Positions 31,792 through 32,000 of a DNA stretch of 32,000 nucleotides are shown here, one piece after another; position 1 is the stretch's first letter, and every line of letters starts with the position of its first letter. The notes below the pieces were generated by a model. It made no database searches. It had not been told where the DNA came from and saw only the letters and a program-made list of their open reading frames with translations. This DNA comes from Mucisphaera calidilacus (GTDB lineage: Bacteria > Planctomycetota > Phycisphaerae > Phycisphaerales > Phycisphaeraceae): positions 2,970,001 to 3,002,000 of the forward strand of contig NZ_CP036280.1 of the NCBI RefSeq assembly GCF_007748075.1, written 5' to 3'. The translations under genes were made by a program, and so were the position numbers.

Positions 31792-32000
31792 TGATCCAGA
31801 TCTGATGCTCGTTATCGGCGACAATTCGGCCTTTGTTTGGAAAGGCCATTTTGATGAAGAAGTCGAGATTTACCGAGGAGCAGATCGCGTTCGCACTCCG
31901 CCAGGCCGAGGGTGGTACGCCGGTGAAGGAGGTCTGCCGGAAGCTGGGTGTGCATGAGCAGACCTTCTACCGGTGGAAGAAGCAGTTCGCGGGTATGGGC
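31792..32000 (+). mobile_element. IS3-family insertion sequence, left part only; left terminus is a guess
   Basis: OrfA is present (see the CDS above). IS3-family left ends normally begin TG... some 50-100 bp upstream of orfA. TGATCCAGATCTGATG at 31792 is a plausible but unverified IRL. Confidence 0.45.
31854..32000 (+). CDS. IS3-family transposase OrfA (HTH, IS3/IS911 type), N-terminal 49 codons; continues beyond the window
   Basis: Not in the ORF track because it has no stop in the window. Manual translation from ATG 31854 gives MKKSRFTEEQIAFALRQAEGGTPVKEVCRKLGVHEQTFYRWKKQFAGMG, the near-invariant IS3/IS407-group OrfA N-terminus. Confidence 0.85.
   Translation, partial: MKKSRFTEEQIAFALRQAEGGTPVKEVCRKLGVHEQTFYRWKKQFAGMG

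Overview
GC-rich bacterial chromosomal segment. From position 1 to about 29.1 kb it is one long minus-strand defence and mobile-DNA island.

Contents, left to right:
1. An integrative element: a 3'-truncated tyrosine integrase, a PrimPol/PriCT/DUF3987-type replication protein, an AlpA-type HTH/excisionase, and a tightly packed three-gene cargo operon (a pRiA4b-ORF3-like protein plus two unknowns).
2. A 1042-aa fusion of PLD(HKD) nuclease, SF2 helicase and DUF3427.
3. A very large type I-C CRISPR array at 9574-16845. I counted 110 repeats and 109 spacers by hand. The leader lies next to cas2.
4. A complete, translationally coupled type I-C operon: cas3-cas5-cas8c(with nested cas11c)-cas7-cas4-cas1-cas2.
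5. Directly upstream of cas3, a WYL-domain regulator and an orphan PD-(D/E)XK nuclease. A 16-bp motif precedes both the nuclease gene and the cas3 upstream region.
6. A secreted BNR-like protein with dockerin-like repeats and a PEP-CTERM anchor.
7. A plus-strand pair: a HEPN-like (Rx4H) protein and a membrane-anchored Mrr-type endonuclease with a zinc ribbon.
8. Two small membrane proteins and the first 49 codons of an IS3-family transposase.

I saw no rRNA or tRNA.

Best candidates for something not yet described, in order:
- the WYL + PD-(D/E)XK module grafted onto the I-C operon, with its shared operator-like motif;
- the PLD-helicase-DUF3427 protein whose start codon sits 50 nt from the array trailer;
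- the HEPN-like/TM-Mrr pair;
- the unknown cargo operon of the integrative element.

All functional calls come from motif recognition by eye on the supplied translations. No database search, structure prediction or exhaustive spacer matching was possible.
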